Position numbers and translations under genes: made by a program. Source: Myxococcales bacterium (lineage in GTDB: Bacteria; Myxococcota_A; Polyangia; Polyangiales; Polyangiaceae). From it: DNA of 64,000 bases. The stretch lies in assembly GCA_043747615.1 (NCBI GenBank), contig JAYTOU010000066.1, positions 25,336-89,335 on the forward strand. The letters are read 5' to 3'. The notes below the pieces were generated by a model. It did not search any database. It was not told where the DNA came from and saw only the letters and a program-made list of their open reading frames with translations. Of this stretch, positions 1-9,946 are shown piece after piece. Within the stretch, counting starts at the first letter, position 1; each line of letters opens with the position of its first letter.

Positions 1-167
1 TTCACCGCCGATTTCGGAGCGGTCAAGCCTTGCGCACCCTGCCGCACACGCCGGCGCCACCCTCGACTCGACCACCCGCTGCGCGATCTCCGCGGCCCGC
101 ATGGCCTTCTTATACACCGAGAGTTTTGACCCGCTCACCGTGAGAAGCGTACGATTGCAGATACTTC

Positions 168-1379
168 ATGGCGGAATTCGTTTGGGAAGCACGCGCGCGC
201 ACCGGCGAGCTGAAGAAGGGGGCGATGGACGCGGAGACGGAAGAGACCGTCTATGCGCGCCTTCGTCAGCAGCAGCTCACGCCCACGAAGGTCAAAAAGA
301 AGCTCAAGGCTCTGAGCATCAAGTTCGGAAGCGGCGTCTCCGGAAAAGACCTCGTCACCTTCACCCGCCTCTTCGCCACCATGATCGACGCCGGCCTGCC
401 GATCGTGCAGTGCCTCGACATCCTTCAAGGGCAGACGGAAAATAAGCACTTCGCGGTCGTCCTCCGGGACGTGAAAGCCAGCGTCGAGCAGGGCGCGACG
501 TTCAGCGATTCGCTCCGCCGCCACCCGAAGGTCTTCGACGACCTCTACACGAACCTCGTTCAGGCCGGCGAGGTCGGCGGCATCCTCGACACCATCCTGA
601 ACCGACTCGCGATCTACTACGAAAAAAACATGAAGCTGATTCGCCAGCTTCGCGGTGCGATGGTCTATCCGAGCGTCGTTATTTTCGTCTTCCTGGGCGT
701 GCTCGGCGTGCTTCTCGGATGGGTCATTCCGTCGTTCAAGACGATCTTCAAGGATCTCGGATCGAAGGACGAGCTCCCCGCCCTCACCCAGATGGTCATC
801 GTGGTGTCGGAGGCGTTCATCTCGAACCTCCCGTTCATCATCCTCCTCATGATCGCCGGCACCGTCTTTGCGGCGTGGGGCTACAAGCAACCGAAGGGGA
901 AGAAGCTCGTCCATCGGGCGGGATTGAACCTTCCGGTCATGGGCCCGGTCCTTCGCAAGATCGCCGTTGCCCGCTTCACGCGCACGCTGGGCACGCTCCT
1001 GTCGTCGGGCGTGCCGATCCTCGATGCGCTCGAAATCGTCGCAAAAACGGCGGGAAACGTGATCATCGAAGAAGCCATCATGTACACGCGCCTTCGCATC
1101 TCCGAGGGCCGAAACATGGCCGACCCTCTCACGGAGACGAAAGTCTTTCCCCCGATGGTCGTGCAGATGGTCGGCGTCGGCGAGCAGACCGGCGCGCTCG
1201 ATGCGATGCTCAGCAAGATCGCAGATTTTTACGAAGACGAAGTAGACGTCGCCGTCGGCGCGCTCACCAGCCTGATCGAACCGGTGATGATGGTTGGAGT
1301 CGGCGGGACCGTCGGCGTGGTGCTCATCGCGATGTACCTCCCCATCTTCAGCATCGCCGGTAAAATCAAAGCGGATTGA
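168..1379 (+). CDS. pilC: Type IV pilus inner-membrane platform protein PilC (T2SS F family)
   Basis: Two GspF/PilC repeats (FTRLFATMIDAGLPIVQCL...AGEVGGILD; FTRTLGTLLSSGVPILDAL...GEQTGALD), C-terminal AMYLPIF. Confidence 0.96.
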   Translation: MAEFVWEARARTGELKKGAMDAETEETVYARLRQQQLTPTKVKKKLKALSIKFGSGVSGKDLVTFTRLFATMIDAGLPIVQCLDILQGQTENKHFAVVLRDVKASVEQGATFSDSLRRHPKVFDDLYTNLVQAGEVGGILDTILNRLAIYYEKNMKLIRQLRGAMVYPSVVIFVFLGVLGVLLGWVIPSFKTIFKDLGSKDELPALTQMVIVVSEAFISNLPFIILLMIAGTVFAAWGYKQPKGKKLVHRAGLNLPVMGPVLRKIAVARFTRTLGTLLSSGVPILDALEIVAKTAGNVIIEEAIMYTRLRISEGRNMADPLTETKVFPPMVVQMVGVGEQTGALDAMLSKIADFYEDEVDVAVGALTSLIEPVMMVGVGGTVGVVLIAMYLPIFSIAGKIKAD

Positions 1380-1383
1380 TGGC

Positions 1384-2664
1384 ATGAAAGCGGAGCAGGG
1401 GCTTACCGGGCGCCTTGCGTGGGTGACGGCGCTTCGCCTTGGGTTTCTTACGCTGCTTCTCGGAGCGACCGCGTCGTTCTATCTCGGCGGAGAGCTTTCC
1501 CGTCCGTTCAGCCTTCGCATCGTCCTCACGATCATCGGAGCGGCGTACGGCCTCGCGGCTGTGTACGCGGCGATCTTACGCACCGGAAAGCGCCTCGTCC
1601 GCCTCGCCGAAGTGCAGGTCGTGCTCGACCAGCTCACGTGGACTGGAATCGTGTGGGTGTCGGGCGGCGCAACGAGCGGGGCGACGTCGTTCTATGCCCT
1701 CTCCTGTTTGGTCGGCGCGATCCTCATCGGCCGTCGCGGCGCGATCATCGGAGCCGCCTCGGGGATCCCCCTCTACGGTCTCCTGTGCGCGGGCTTTCAT
1801 TGGGGTTGGATCTCCCCTCCGCGCGATCAGCCCCCGTCGCTCTACGCGATCCACACGGCGGAGCTCATCTATCCGCTCCTTCAAACCAGTCTCGGCATTC
1901 TCGTCGTCGCGCTCCTCGCTGGCTACCTCGCCGAGCGCCTCCGCATCACCGACGGAGCCCTGGCGAAGGCCACGGTGCGTGCCGACGAAGCGGAGCGCCT
2001 CGCTGAGCTTGGACGTATCGCGGCGTGGCTGGCTCACGAGATCCGAAACCCGCTGGGCTCGATCTCCGGATCGATCGAGATGCTTCGCGAGGCCCCGGCC
2101 CTGTCGATCGAGGACAAGCAGCTTTGCGACATCGTCCATCGTGAGGCGGCTCGGTTGAACGACCTCGTCGGAGACATGCTCGATCTGTCGAAGCCGCGCT
2201 CGCCAGAACCGAGCGACGTGGACGTTGCTGCGCTCGCCCGTGAGGTGTCGGCGCTTGCGAGTCGCTCGGCACACGACGGTACGGGCGCGGTCGACGTTCG
2301 CTACCTCGGCCCCGCGGGAGCGGCCATGGCCCGCTGCGATGGGCCACAGATGCGCCAGGTTCTGTGGAACCTCGTGCGCAACGCCGTGCAAGCGAGCCCA
2401 CCAGGGACGTCGGTCACTGTGGAGGTCACCAACGGCAGCGGCGCCATCGATCTGCTGGTGAGCGACTCCGGCCCTGGCCTCAACGAGGAATCCAAGGCGC
2501 GCATCTTCGACGCCTTTTACACGACCCGCTCCCACGGCGCCGGCATCGGTCTCGCCGTCGTAAAGCGAATCATCGACGACCACGCCGGCATGGGCGCGAA
2601 GATAACCGCGCAGAACAGGAACGGGAGTGGGGCCGCGTTTCGTGTGTCCCTACGCGCGACGTGA
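1384..2664 (+). CDS. pilS: PilS-like membrane sensor histidine kinase
   Basis: Multi-TM N-terminus, H-box LAHEIRNPL, N-box NLVRNAVQA, G-boxes DSGPG and GAGIGL; starts 4 nt after pilC stop. Confidence 0.8.
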   Translation: MKAEQGLTGRLAWVTALRLGFLTLLLGATASFYLGGELSRPFSLRIVLTIIGAAYGLAAVYAAILRTGKRLVRLAEVQVVLDQLTWTGIVWVSGGATSGATSFYALSCLVGAILIGRRGAIIGAASGIPLYGLLCAGFHWGWISPPRDQPPSLYAIHTAELIYPLLQTSLGILVVALLAGYLAERLRITDGALAKATVRADEAERLAELGRIAAWLAHEIRNPLGSISGSIEMLREAPALSIEDKQLCDIVHREAARLNDLVGDMLDLSKPRSPEPSDVDVAALAREVSALASRSAHDGTGAVDVRYLGPAGAAMARCDGPQMRQVLWNLVRNAVQASPPGTSVTVEVTNGSGAIDLLVSDSGPGLNEESKARIFDAFYTTRSHGAGIGLAVVKRIIDDHAGMGAKITAQNRNGSGAAFRVSLRAT

Positions 2665-2814
2665 ATGAATGGCGGACCTACACCGTCTATCTCCGCGAAC
2701 ACCCCAATTGCTGCGCTTTGTGGTAGCGAAAGAGGTGGAACGTCTCGAAATTTAGGGCATCTAAGCACGTAGACCCGAAATGTTGCGAGAGTGAAAGAAG
2801 GGCCGGAGGCCGCT

Positions 2815-3459
2815 GTGGGTAACTGGAAAAAGGTTTGGGGAACGTTTGCACTTGGGCTGAGTCTCGCGCTGGCGCCCAACGTCGCGTCGGCAGATGAGGC
2901 CGGCGATGCGCAAGCGTTCATCCAAAAAGAGCAGAATCAGATCACGAATCTGATGAAGCAGAACCAGAGCGACGCCAACATCAACGCCGCGCTCGACACG
3001 TTCGTCGATTACGACGAGGTCACTCGCCGCTCCTTCGGCGAGCCCTGCCCGCCCGCGATCCCCTCGTGCGTGAATCACTACGCCACGCTGACCGACGCGC
3101 AAAAGGCCGAGGTGCGAGACCTCATGCGCCAGCTCGTCCAGAAAAATTACCGAAAGACGCTCCGCAAAACGCTCGACTACGAGATCGCCTACAAGGGCGC
3201 GAAGTCAGACGACTTAGGGGACTCGAAGGTCCGCACCCAAGCGCAGTCCAAATCGGAGCGCGATCCTCCGGTGCTCGCCGATTACCTCGTTCACAAATCG
3301 AACGGACAGATGAAATTGGTCGGCATCATCACCGAGGGCTCGAGCCTCACGAAGAACTACTACGACCAGTTCCACAAAATGTTCATCACGCCCGGCCAGG
3401 GCTACCCGCACCTCGTCCAGAAGTTGAAGGACAAGATCGCGAAGCCGGAAAAAAAGTAA
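2815..3459 (+). CDS. MlaC/Ttg2D-like periplasmic lipid-shuttle protein
   Basis: Signal peptide, FVDYDEVTRRSFG, ADYLVHK, IITEGSSLTKNYYDQF resemble MlaC; GGAGG at 2805-2809 before GTG 2815 (alternative start 2791). Confidence 0.75.
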   Translation: MGNWKKVWGTFALGLSLALAPNVASADEAGDAQAFIQKEQNQITNLMKQNQSDANINAALDTFVDYDEVTRRSFGEPCPPAIPSCVNHYATLTDAQKAEVRDLMRQLVQKNYRKTLRKTLDYEIAYKGAKSDDLGDSKVRTQAQSKSERDPPVLADYLVHKSNGQMKLVGIITEGSSLTKNYYDQFHKMFITPGQGYPHLVQKLKDKIAKPEKK

Positions 3460-3503
3460 CGCGGTTCGCGATAGCCGACGGCGTGGTCTACACTTTGAGG
3501 TAG

Positions 3504-4835
3504 ATGGCCCTGGGGGACAAATACCGGTCGCTCTACGTGATCGGTCGCGGGGGCATGGGGTGCGTCGAGGTCGCGCTCCAGCTCAACGCCGACGGTGACG
3601 CCCCTGGAGCCTTCGAGCGAATCGTGGCCCTGAAGCGCCTGCTGCCCGAGGGGGCGCGAGACAAGCGTCACACCGAGATGTTCCTCCGCGAGGCCCGGCT
3701 CGCCGTTCTTCTGACTCATCCCAACGTCGTGCATGCCTTCGATTTCGGAGAAGCGGGCGGCGAATTTTTTCTGGCGATGGAGTACGTCGAGGGCGAGACT
3801 CTGTCGCGCGTCCTGAAGGAAGGCAAAGTTGAGGCGCTGGTCGCAGCCCACATCCTCGCCAAGGTTTGCGATGGCCTTCACGCAGCGCACGAGCTCCGAG
3901 ACGTGAGCGGAACCATGCTCAACGTCGTCCATCGTGACGTCTCCCCGCACAACGTGATGGTGGCCTACGAGGGGCAGATCAAGCTGCTCGATTTCGGGGT
4001 GGCGAAGATCGACGCCGAGGGGCTCACCCGGACGGGCGAGGTGAAGGGTAAGGTCGCGTACATGTCCCCGGAGCAAGCGATGGGAGAGGTGCTCGATCGC
4101 AGGAGCGATCTCTACAGTATCGGCGCCGTCCTCTTCGAGTGTGTCGCGGGGCGAAGAATGTGGCAGGGCACGGACATGGAGGTGCTTCGTCAGCTCGCCC
4201 TCGATCAGCCTCCGCGTCTCGACGATTCAGCTGTGGATGCACCCGAAGAACTGTGTGCACTCTACACTCGTCTCGTGGCTCGTGATCCCAAGGCTCGACC
4301 TCCGACGGCTCATCACATCGCCGAGGAGCTGCGTGCGTTCGTCTCGAACCGGGCGGGCACCAAAGAGATGAAGGCGCTGATGCTCGGCCTCTTCGCCGAC
4401 GACGCGGCGAGACGAAAAAGCGAGCTCGCACGTGCGCTCGAAGGAGTGGCGCCGGCGGACGCAGCGGCCCTTCGTCAAAGTCTCGTGCCCGCTGAGTCTG
4501 TGGCCACTGCCACGCCGGCCCTGGCCGCACGCGCGGAGCCCGCCGGGAAACGCGGGCTCGTGACGATTGTCGCGCTCGCCGTTGCGGCCGCATCCATCGC
4601 GCTTGGTACGTCTGTCAAGAACCCGTCGCCCGTCGCGCCGCCGAGCCCGCCCGCTGCGCTCGCGGCTCCGCCCGAGCCGCCTTCCGCGACGCCCCCCACG
4701 ACGCCGACGCCGACCGTTGGCCCGGCGCCAAGCACGACGATCAAGATCGCGCGGCCCCAGCTTCTCCCGGCAGCACCAAAACCGAAGGCCGCTTCGTCCA
4801 CCAAGCCAGTCGATGTCGATCCAGATCCGATTTAA
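3504..4835 (+). CDS. Hanks-type Ser/Thr protein kinase with TM helix and Pro-rich C-terminus
   Basis: GRGGMG, VALKR, HRDVSPHN, DFG, YMSPEQ motifs; hydrophobic LVTIVALAVAAASIALG. Confidence 0.95.
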   Translation: MALGDKYRSLYVIGRGGMGCVEVALQLNADGDAPGAFERIVALKRLLPEGARDKRHTEMFLREARLAVLLTHPNVVHAFDFGEAGGEFFLAMEYVEGETLSRVLKEGKVEALVAAHILAKVCDGLHAAHELRDVSGTMLNVVHRDVSPHNVMVAYEGQIKLLDFGVAKIDAEGLTRTGEVKGKVAYMSPEQAMGEVLDRRSDLYSIGAVLFECVAGRRMWQGTDMEVLRQLALDQPPRLDDSAVDAPEELCALYTRLVARDPKARPPTAHHIAEELRAFVSNRAGTKEMKALMLGLFADDAARRKSELARALEGVAPADAAALRQSLVPAESVATATPALAARAEPAGKRGLVTIVALAVAAASIALGTSVKNPSPVAPPSPPAALAAPPEPPSATPPTTPTPTVGPAPSTTIKIARPQLLPAAPKPKAASSTKPVDVDPDPI

Positions 4836-5835
4836 AGAGCTTCTCGGGTTTGCCGTCGCGATCGCGATCCTGGCATTGACCACGGGGGCTCGGGCCGACG
4901 ACGACGCGCTCACCAATTACCGCGAGCGCTTCAAGACGGGCTTCGCGCACTACAAGGCGGGGGAAGTGGCGGAGGCGATCCGTTATTGGGAGCCGATCTA
5001 CCGCGAGCTCGGAGCGTCGAAGGGCTACCGCCTGGCGTTCAACCTGGCGCGGGCCTACGAGACGTACGGCGATTTCACGAGGGCAGCCGAATTTTACCAA
5101 TCGTTCTTGGCGGAGGCCGAGGTGCGGCGACGCGTCGGACAGGCGCTCGAGCCGCTCGTCGAAAAAGAAAGCGTCGACGCCCACGCGCGCCTTTCGGAGC
5201 TGACGGCGACGAAGGGGCGCATTCAGGTGAACGCCGGTGCGAAACCAGTGTCGGTGCGGATCGATGCGGCGGAGAGTCGGCTCTCTGGGTTCGTCGCCTT
5301 CGTTCTTCCGGGCGCGCACACGGTGACGCTCGGCGTCGAATCGCAGGAGCCCGAGAAGCGCGAAATCACCGTGAGCGCAGGGGCGATCGTGGAGGTGACG
5401 CCGCTGCCATCGCCCGCGCCCAAAGCTCCCCAAGCCACCCCCGTCGCCGCAGTGCCTCTGCCGCTGCCGATTCGCATGGAGAAGCGGATCGAGCATCCGT
5501 TCTCTCCCGAGGTGCTCTACATCGCGGGAGGGATCACCGTCGTGAGCGTGCTCGTTCCGGTCATCACCCACGCGAGCGCGCTCTCGTATCAGCAGTCGCA
5601 CAGCATCTCTTCGGATCGGGGAACGGAAGCGCAGAATGCGTCGGTCCGCTCCGACTACGCGTCGGCTTCCACGGCGTACTACGCGACGCTCGCCGTCCCG
5701 ATCACGCTCGGTGCTGTGACCGCCGGCCTCACGGCCTGGTATTTTCTCGGCGCGAAACAACGCGAAATTCCTGTGCTCGTTCCGAGCGTCGACACACGCG
5801 GCGGCGCATCCCTCGCGGTCTCTGGGCGCTTTTAA
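4813..5835 (+). CDS. Exported TPR/PEGA-like protein
   Basis: Signal peptide, TPR-like helices (LAFNLARAYE...AAEFYQSFL), PEGA-like beta segment (VLPGAHTVTL), C-terminal GASLAVSGRF; overlaps the kinase stop. Confidence 0.75.
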   Translation: MSIQIRFKELLGFAVAIAILALTTGARADDDALTNYRERFKTGFAHYKAGEVAEAIRYWEPIYRELGASKGYRLAFNLARAYETYGDFTRAAEFYQSFLAEAEVRRRVGQALEPLVEKESVDAHARLSELTATKGRIQVNAGAKPVSVRIDAAESRLSGFVAFVLPGAHTVTLGVESQEPEKREITVSAGAIVEVTPLPSPAPKAPQATPVAAVPLPLPIRMEKRIEHPFSPEVLYIAGGITVVSVLVPVITHASALSYQQSHSISSDRGTEAQNASVRSDYASASTAYYATLAVPITLGAVTAGLTAWYFLGAKQREIPVLVPSVDTRGGASLAVSGRF

Positions 5836-7137
5836 TTATTTTTCGATGCTGTATTTGCGGAGATACGCGCGCACGTGATGTCGCTCCATCCCGCTCTGAC
5901 GCGCCATCTCGCTGACGTTTCCAGCCGCGCGTTTGGAGAGGCTCGTGAAGTAGTCGCGTTCGAACGCCGCCGTTGCCGCTCTCTTGGCCTCGCTGAACGC
6001 CGTAGAAGACTCGCCGCGCGGAGCCCCGGTCGGTTCCCGGGTGAGCGTGAGCACGTCGTCGATCGCGCCCGGGCTGTCGGCGAGAGTCGCTGCGACGGAT
6101 GCGACGTTGACGAGCTCGCGCACGTTTCCCGGCCAGTCGTGCGAGCCCATATGGCTTTCGACCCAGGCCGTCACCGCGGCCGAATGCTCGGGCTTTCCCA
6201 CGCGCTTGCAGATGTCCTCGATGAGCGTAGGCAGATCGCCCGCCCTCTCGCGGAGGGGCGGAAGCTCGAGACGAACCTGCGCGATGCGGAAAAAGAGGTC
6301 GGAGCGGAATCGTCCCGCGTTCATTTCCGCGCCGAGATCGCGCCGCGTCGCCGCGAGGACACGTACATCGATGGGCTCGAAGGACGAGCCGCCTACGCGC
6401 TTGATCTGCTTCTCGGACAGAGCGCGGAGGAGTTTCGGTTGAAGGTCGATCGGTAGCTCGCCAAGCTCGTCGAGAAAGAGCGTTCCTCCGTGGGCTTCTT
6501 GCAGCGCGCCCTTGCGCCGCTCGTTGGCGCCGGTGAACGAGCCCTTCTCATGGCCAAAAAGCAGGCTCTCGGCGAGGGTGGGAGGAATCGAGCCGCAGTC
6601 GACGACGACGAACGGTTTGCCTTTTCGATCGCTCGCCTCGTGGATCTCCTTGGCGACGCCCTCCTTCCCAGTGCCCGTTTCGCCGAGGATGAGAACACTG
6701 AGAGGCGTGGACGATATCTTTTCGAGAATGCTGAAGACGCGGCGCATCTTCGGCGAGCTGCCGACGAGCGAACCGAATTTGTCGGAAAACCCGAGCTCGA
6801 CTTTATGCTTGCCGGTGGGCTCGATCGCGATGCGCGAGGCGCCCACCAGAATTTCCACGGGGCTGGTCACCACCACTTCGCGAATGCGAAGCGCGCCGAT
6901 GAACGTCCCGTTGGTGCTCCCGAGGTCGCGCACCAAGATGCCTTCGTTGACGCCGCGAAGCTCGCAGTGGAGCGCGCTGACTTCAGGATCGTCCATCATG
7001 ATCTGGACGCCGGCCTCGCGCCCAACGACCACCGGATCCACGTCGATGGGGACGACCGCGCCGTCACCGACTTTGGCCGTGCCCCCACGAACGAACCAGT
7101 GAAGAACGCGCGTGCGGGTCGAGCCCTGTGCTGACAT
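5836..7137 (-). CDS. Sigma-54 enhancer-binding protein with N-terminal FHA domain
   Basis: FHA (VGR...VSALH...DLGSTNGT), Walker A GETGTGKE, GSFTGA loop, LFLDELGEL, WPGNVREL, Fis-type HTH. Confidence 0.95.
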   Translation of the reverse strand: MSAQGSTRTRVLHWFVRGGTAKVGDGAVVPIDVDPVVVGREAGVQIMMDDPEVSALHCELRGVNEGILVRDLGSTNGTFIGALRIREVVVTSPVEILVGASRIAIEPTGKHKVELGFSDKFGSLVGSSPKMRRVFSILEKISSTPLSVLILGETGTGKEGVAKEIHEASDRKGKPFVVVDCGSIPPTLAESLLFGHEKGSFTGANERRKGALQEAHGGTLFLDELGELPIDLQPKLLRALSEKQIKRVGGSSFEPIDVRVLAATRRDLGAEMNAGRFRSDLFFRIAQVRLELPPLRERAGDLPTLIEDICKRVGKPEHSAAVTAWVESHMGSHDWPGNVRELVNVASVAATLADSPGAIDDVLTLTREPTGAPRGESSTAFSEAKRAATAAFERDYFTSLSKRAAGNVSEMARQSGMERHHVRAYLRKYSIEK

Positions 7138-7280
7138 TCGTCTCACCGTACACCACGTGACCCCGGAACGTCAGCGGTCCCCTGGCTCTGTGGGCGTCCA
7201 CCGCCGTCCGCTTCGACAACCCATTATTTCGCGATAAAATCAGGCTTCTACGGGGCACGTTTGCTGCGTATGACGGGGGA

Positions 7281-8117
7281 GTGAGGTCTGTCTTGCCCAG
7301 CGCACTTCGAAACGTCTTCGTCGCTCTCGTCGCGGCGTGTGGGTTGGTTGGCTCCGCTTGCGGAGGGCATCCGGAAGTCGTCGCGGACGAATCGGCGGCG
7401 CTCGCGGAGGACGGCACCGATGCGAGCGAAGTCGAGTCCTATGCCTCGGCGCTCTCCGCGACCTTCACGCTCCCTTCGACCGACCTCACGTCCGGCATGC
7501 TGGTGACGGCTGCCTCGAAGACACAAGGCTTCTTCGCCCCCGCAGGCTGTTTGGTCACGACCGTGGACACGCCGACCGCGACGGTCACCCACGAGTTCAA
7601 GAATTGCGCGGGGCCGTGGGGCCTGCTGCGTGTGAACGGGTCGGTGCGCGTCACGTACCTGTCCACGATCGTCGATGGGCAGAACGCGCTGAAGTTGGAG
7701 GTGACCGGGACGGGGCTGACGCTCAACCGCGCGACCCTCGACTACCACGCGACGGCGATCGTGTTCGCCAAGGGCCTTGCCCGAAGAATGAAATACGCGA
7801 GCCAGCTCGAGGGAAAGACGGCACACGGAAGGACGGCCTCGCGCACGACAGATTGGACGGTGGCGTGGTCGGTCGGTGAGGCATGCCTCGCTGTCGACGG
7901 CTCCGCGGAGGGAAACATCACCGGGCGACCACTGAAGACCACGGTGAAGGGATACCGCCGGTGCCGCGGCGGTTGCCCCGAGAAGGGCGGAGAGATCGAC
8001 GTCCTGAACGAGAAGACCGGAAACTCGATTTCGATCCATTACAACGGCGGTAGCAGCGCCACCTTCACCGGCGTGCACGCGACACCGATGGATTTCGTCG
8101 TCGCCTGCGGGATCTAA
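7281..8117 (+). CDS. Hypothetical beta-rich lipoprotein
   Basis: Lipobox VGSAC, coding-like codon bias, several Cys. Confidence 0.75.
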   Translation: MRSVLPSALRNVFVALVAACGLVGSACGGHPEVVADESAALAEDGTDASEVESYASALSATFTLPSTDLTSGMLVTAASKTQGFFAPAGCLVTTVDTPTATVTHEFKNCAGPWGLLRVNGSVRVTYLSTIVDGQNALKLEVTGTGLTLNRATLDYHATAIVFAKGLARRMKYASQLEGKTAHGRTASRTTDWTVAWSVGEACLAVDGSAEGNITGRPLKTTVKGYRRCRGGCPEKGGEIDVLNEKTGNSISIHYNGGSSATFTGVHATPMDFVVACGI

Positions 8118-8173
8118 CTTAATCGCGACGCGGCCCTTGTGAGGAGCGCGCCGGCGGATACACTCCGCCGCCC

Positions 8174-8692
8174 ATGGCATCGATCAAGAGCATCCTACCG
8201 AACTGCGGACTTTACCGAACGACGAAGCCGCTCCCCGAGCACGAGAGCGAGGTCCCGTCTGGGTCGCTCGTCTACTTCCACAATCACTCGGACTCAGGCC
8301 TCCCCGTGGTGATCCCGGCGGAGCACAACATCATGAACCGCTGGCACTTTCACGGCGCGGGAACCCCCTTTCGCGGGCTCTCATGGGCGGACAGCCTGGT
8401 TCGCCTGCCAAGCGAAGGCTTTTACATGCTCCGTAAGGACATCACGTTCGAGGGTGGCTCGTGGCCCAAGGGAACGCTCGTCCAGCTCGGGTACAACAAG
8501 GTCGGCGAGCCGATCCTCTTCATCGCCCAGCAGCGGGCGAGCATGGACGAGAACGATCTTTTCTTCTCCGACCGCGGCGTAGGCATCAAACCCGACATGC
8601 TGCCGAACCTAGAGCCCCTGAAGATCTACGAGGAGCCCGTCGAAGCCGGCGGCCACACCACCGGGCACACGGCGGGCGGGACGTCGCACTAG
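8174..8692 (+). CDS. Hypothetical cytoplasmic protein with internal two-fold repeat
   Basis: Protein-like ORF with GC3 bias; TACACT 9 nt upstream of ATG. Confidence 0.75.
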   Translation: MASIKSILPNCGLYRTTKPLPEHESEVPSGSLVYFHNHSDSGLPVVIPAEHNIMNRWHFHGAGTPFRGLSWADSLVRLPSEGFYMLRKDITFEGGSWPKGTLVQLGYNKVGEPILFIAQQRASMDENDLFFSDRGVGIKPDMLPNLEPLKIYEEPVEAGGHTTGHTAGGTSH

Positions 8693-8767
8693 TCCGACCA
8701 TCTAAAGGACGTAGGCTGTCCCAAACTATCGAACTCGGGACGGCCCCTAGTCGAGCCGCGAGGCTTG

Positions 8768-9181
8768 CTAGTGCGCGTCGGGGGGCGGTTCGGGGTCCGG
8801 AGCGGACGGGGGCGCGGAGCGGTGCGTGCCGGACAGCGAGATGAACTCGATGCCGACAATGACGCCGTCTTGCTCTTCCTGGACCCATACGACCCGGCCC
8901 TGGCGGGTCAGCGGGGCTTTGCCGCCCTCCCCGATCGTGATTTCGAATTCGGACCCAAGCTCGACCTTTTCTTCGAGAATGGCCCGGACGCCTCCACGGC
9001 TGACGTTGAGCGCCCAGCCTTCGAAGCTGAGGACGCCGCCGGTCTGACGCCCGCGAAGCGCAATTCGCTCCGTCACCTCGCGCCTCGCACCTCCGCGACG
9101 CATCGCGTGAACGCCGTCGACTGCCGGCGTCCCCGTGGAAGGGGTCAAACTCGTTCTTTTTTTCACGGCCGCTGCAATCAT
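8768..9181 (-). CDS. Stand-alone PilZ-domain protein
   Basis: RREVTER (RxxxR) and NVSRGG (N/DxSxxG) motifs, GRVVW, GIEF. Confidence 0.85.
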   Translation of the reverse strand: MIAAAVKKRTSLTPSTGTPAVDGVHAMRRGGARREVTERIALRGRQTGGVLSFEGWALNVSRGGVRAILEEKVELGSEFEITIGEGGKAPLTRQGRVVWVQEEQDGVIVGIEFISLSGTHRSAPPSAPDPEPPPDAH

Positions 9182-9458
9182 ATCACTCCCAACTCCCAAA
9201 GGTACGCGGGGATTCCGCGCCCCCCGCCGAGCAAGCGGTGCAGAATCCGCGCCAAATTCGTCGGACGTTCCTCCCCCTTACATTACCGCCCTAAAACCCG
9301 ATTCGCCCCGGTGAGGGAGGTGGCCACGGCCAGATCCACGGCGGCCGCGGCCATGGCAAGTGGATCAGGCCAGGCCGTTACTTTTCAGCTTGGCGTTGAC
9401 GCGGCGGTCGGATTTGACGGACTCTTCCTCCCAGGGTGGGGTAGAGAGACCGCAGCGA

Positions 9459-9893
9459 ATGGCGATGAGCCCCCAAGATCTGAAGAAGAAAATTGCGGCG
9501 GCGGGCTTTGAAGTCTACCGCACCACCGGCGAAGACGTGATCTTGGCAGATCGGGTGCGCGATAATTTGATCATGGATTCTGGCGTGCGCCTCCGCGCCG
9601 CCGATCCGCTGCAGATTCGCCTCATCATGGGCATGCGTCGCACACAGTATCCAAGCGACGACGAGGCGACACTCTTCGACCGTGTCCGCCAACTGGCAGC
9701 CGAGCTGCTCTCGGCGGGCTTCATTGAAGTTACGACCGCGATCGCACCGGTGCTCGACCCTGCCGACTCTGAGCGGACCCTCGACACCTTCTACGAAGTG
9801 ACCTTCGCCAAAGACGAGACTGGGCTCGAGAGCGCACTTTCCACGCTGAAGCTGGCCTTGAAGGTCGCGAAGACCGCAGAGTCGCGCCACTAG
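9459..9893 (+). CDS. Hypothetical protein
   Basis: Protein-like ORF (LADRVRDNLIMDSGV) in the codon-biased frame. Confidence 0.7.
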   Translation: MAMSPQDLKKKIAAAGFEVYRTTGEDVILADRVRDNLIMDSGVRLRAADPLQIRLIMGMRRTQYPSDDEATLFDRVRQLAAELLSAGFIEVTTAIAPVLDPADSERTLDTFYEVTFAKDETGLESALSTLKLALKVAKTAESRH

Positions 9894-9946
9894 GACGAAT
9901 AAGTCGGGGGCGCGAGGCGTCTGGCGTGTTATCCCGCCTGTCTCCC

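Noticed and set aside
135..1385. Long antisense ORFs (also 19583-20959, 28722-30071, 49811-51889 and others)
   Set aside because: Shadow ORFs expected opposite GC3-biased genes; no recognisable motifs.
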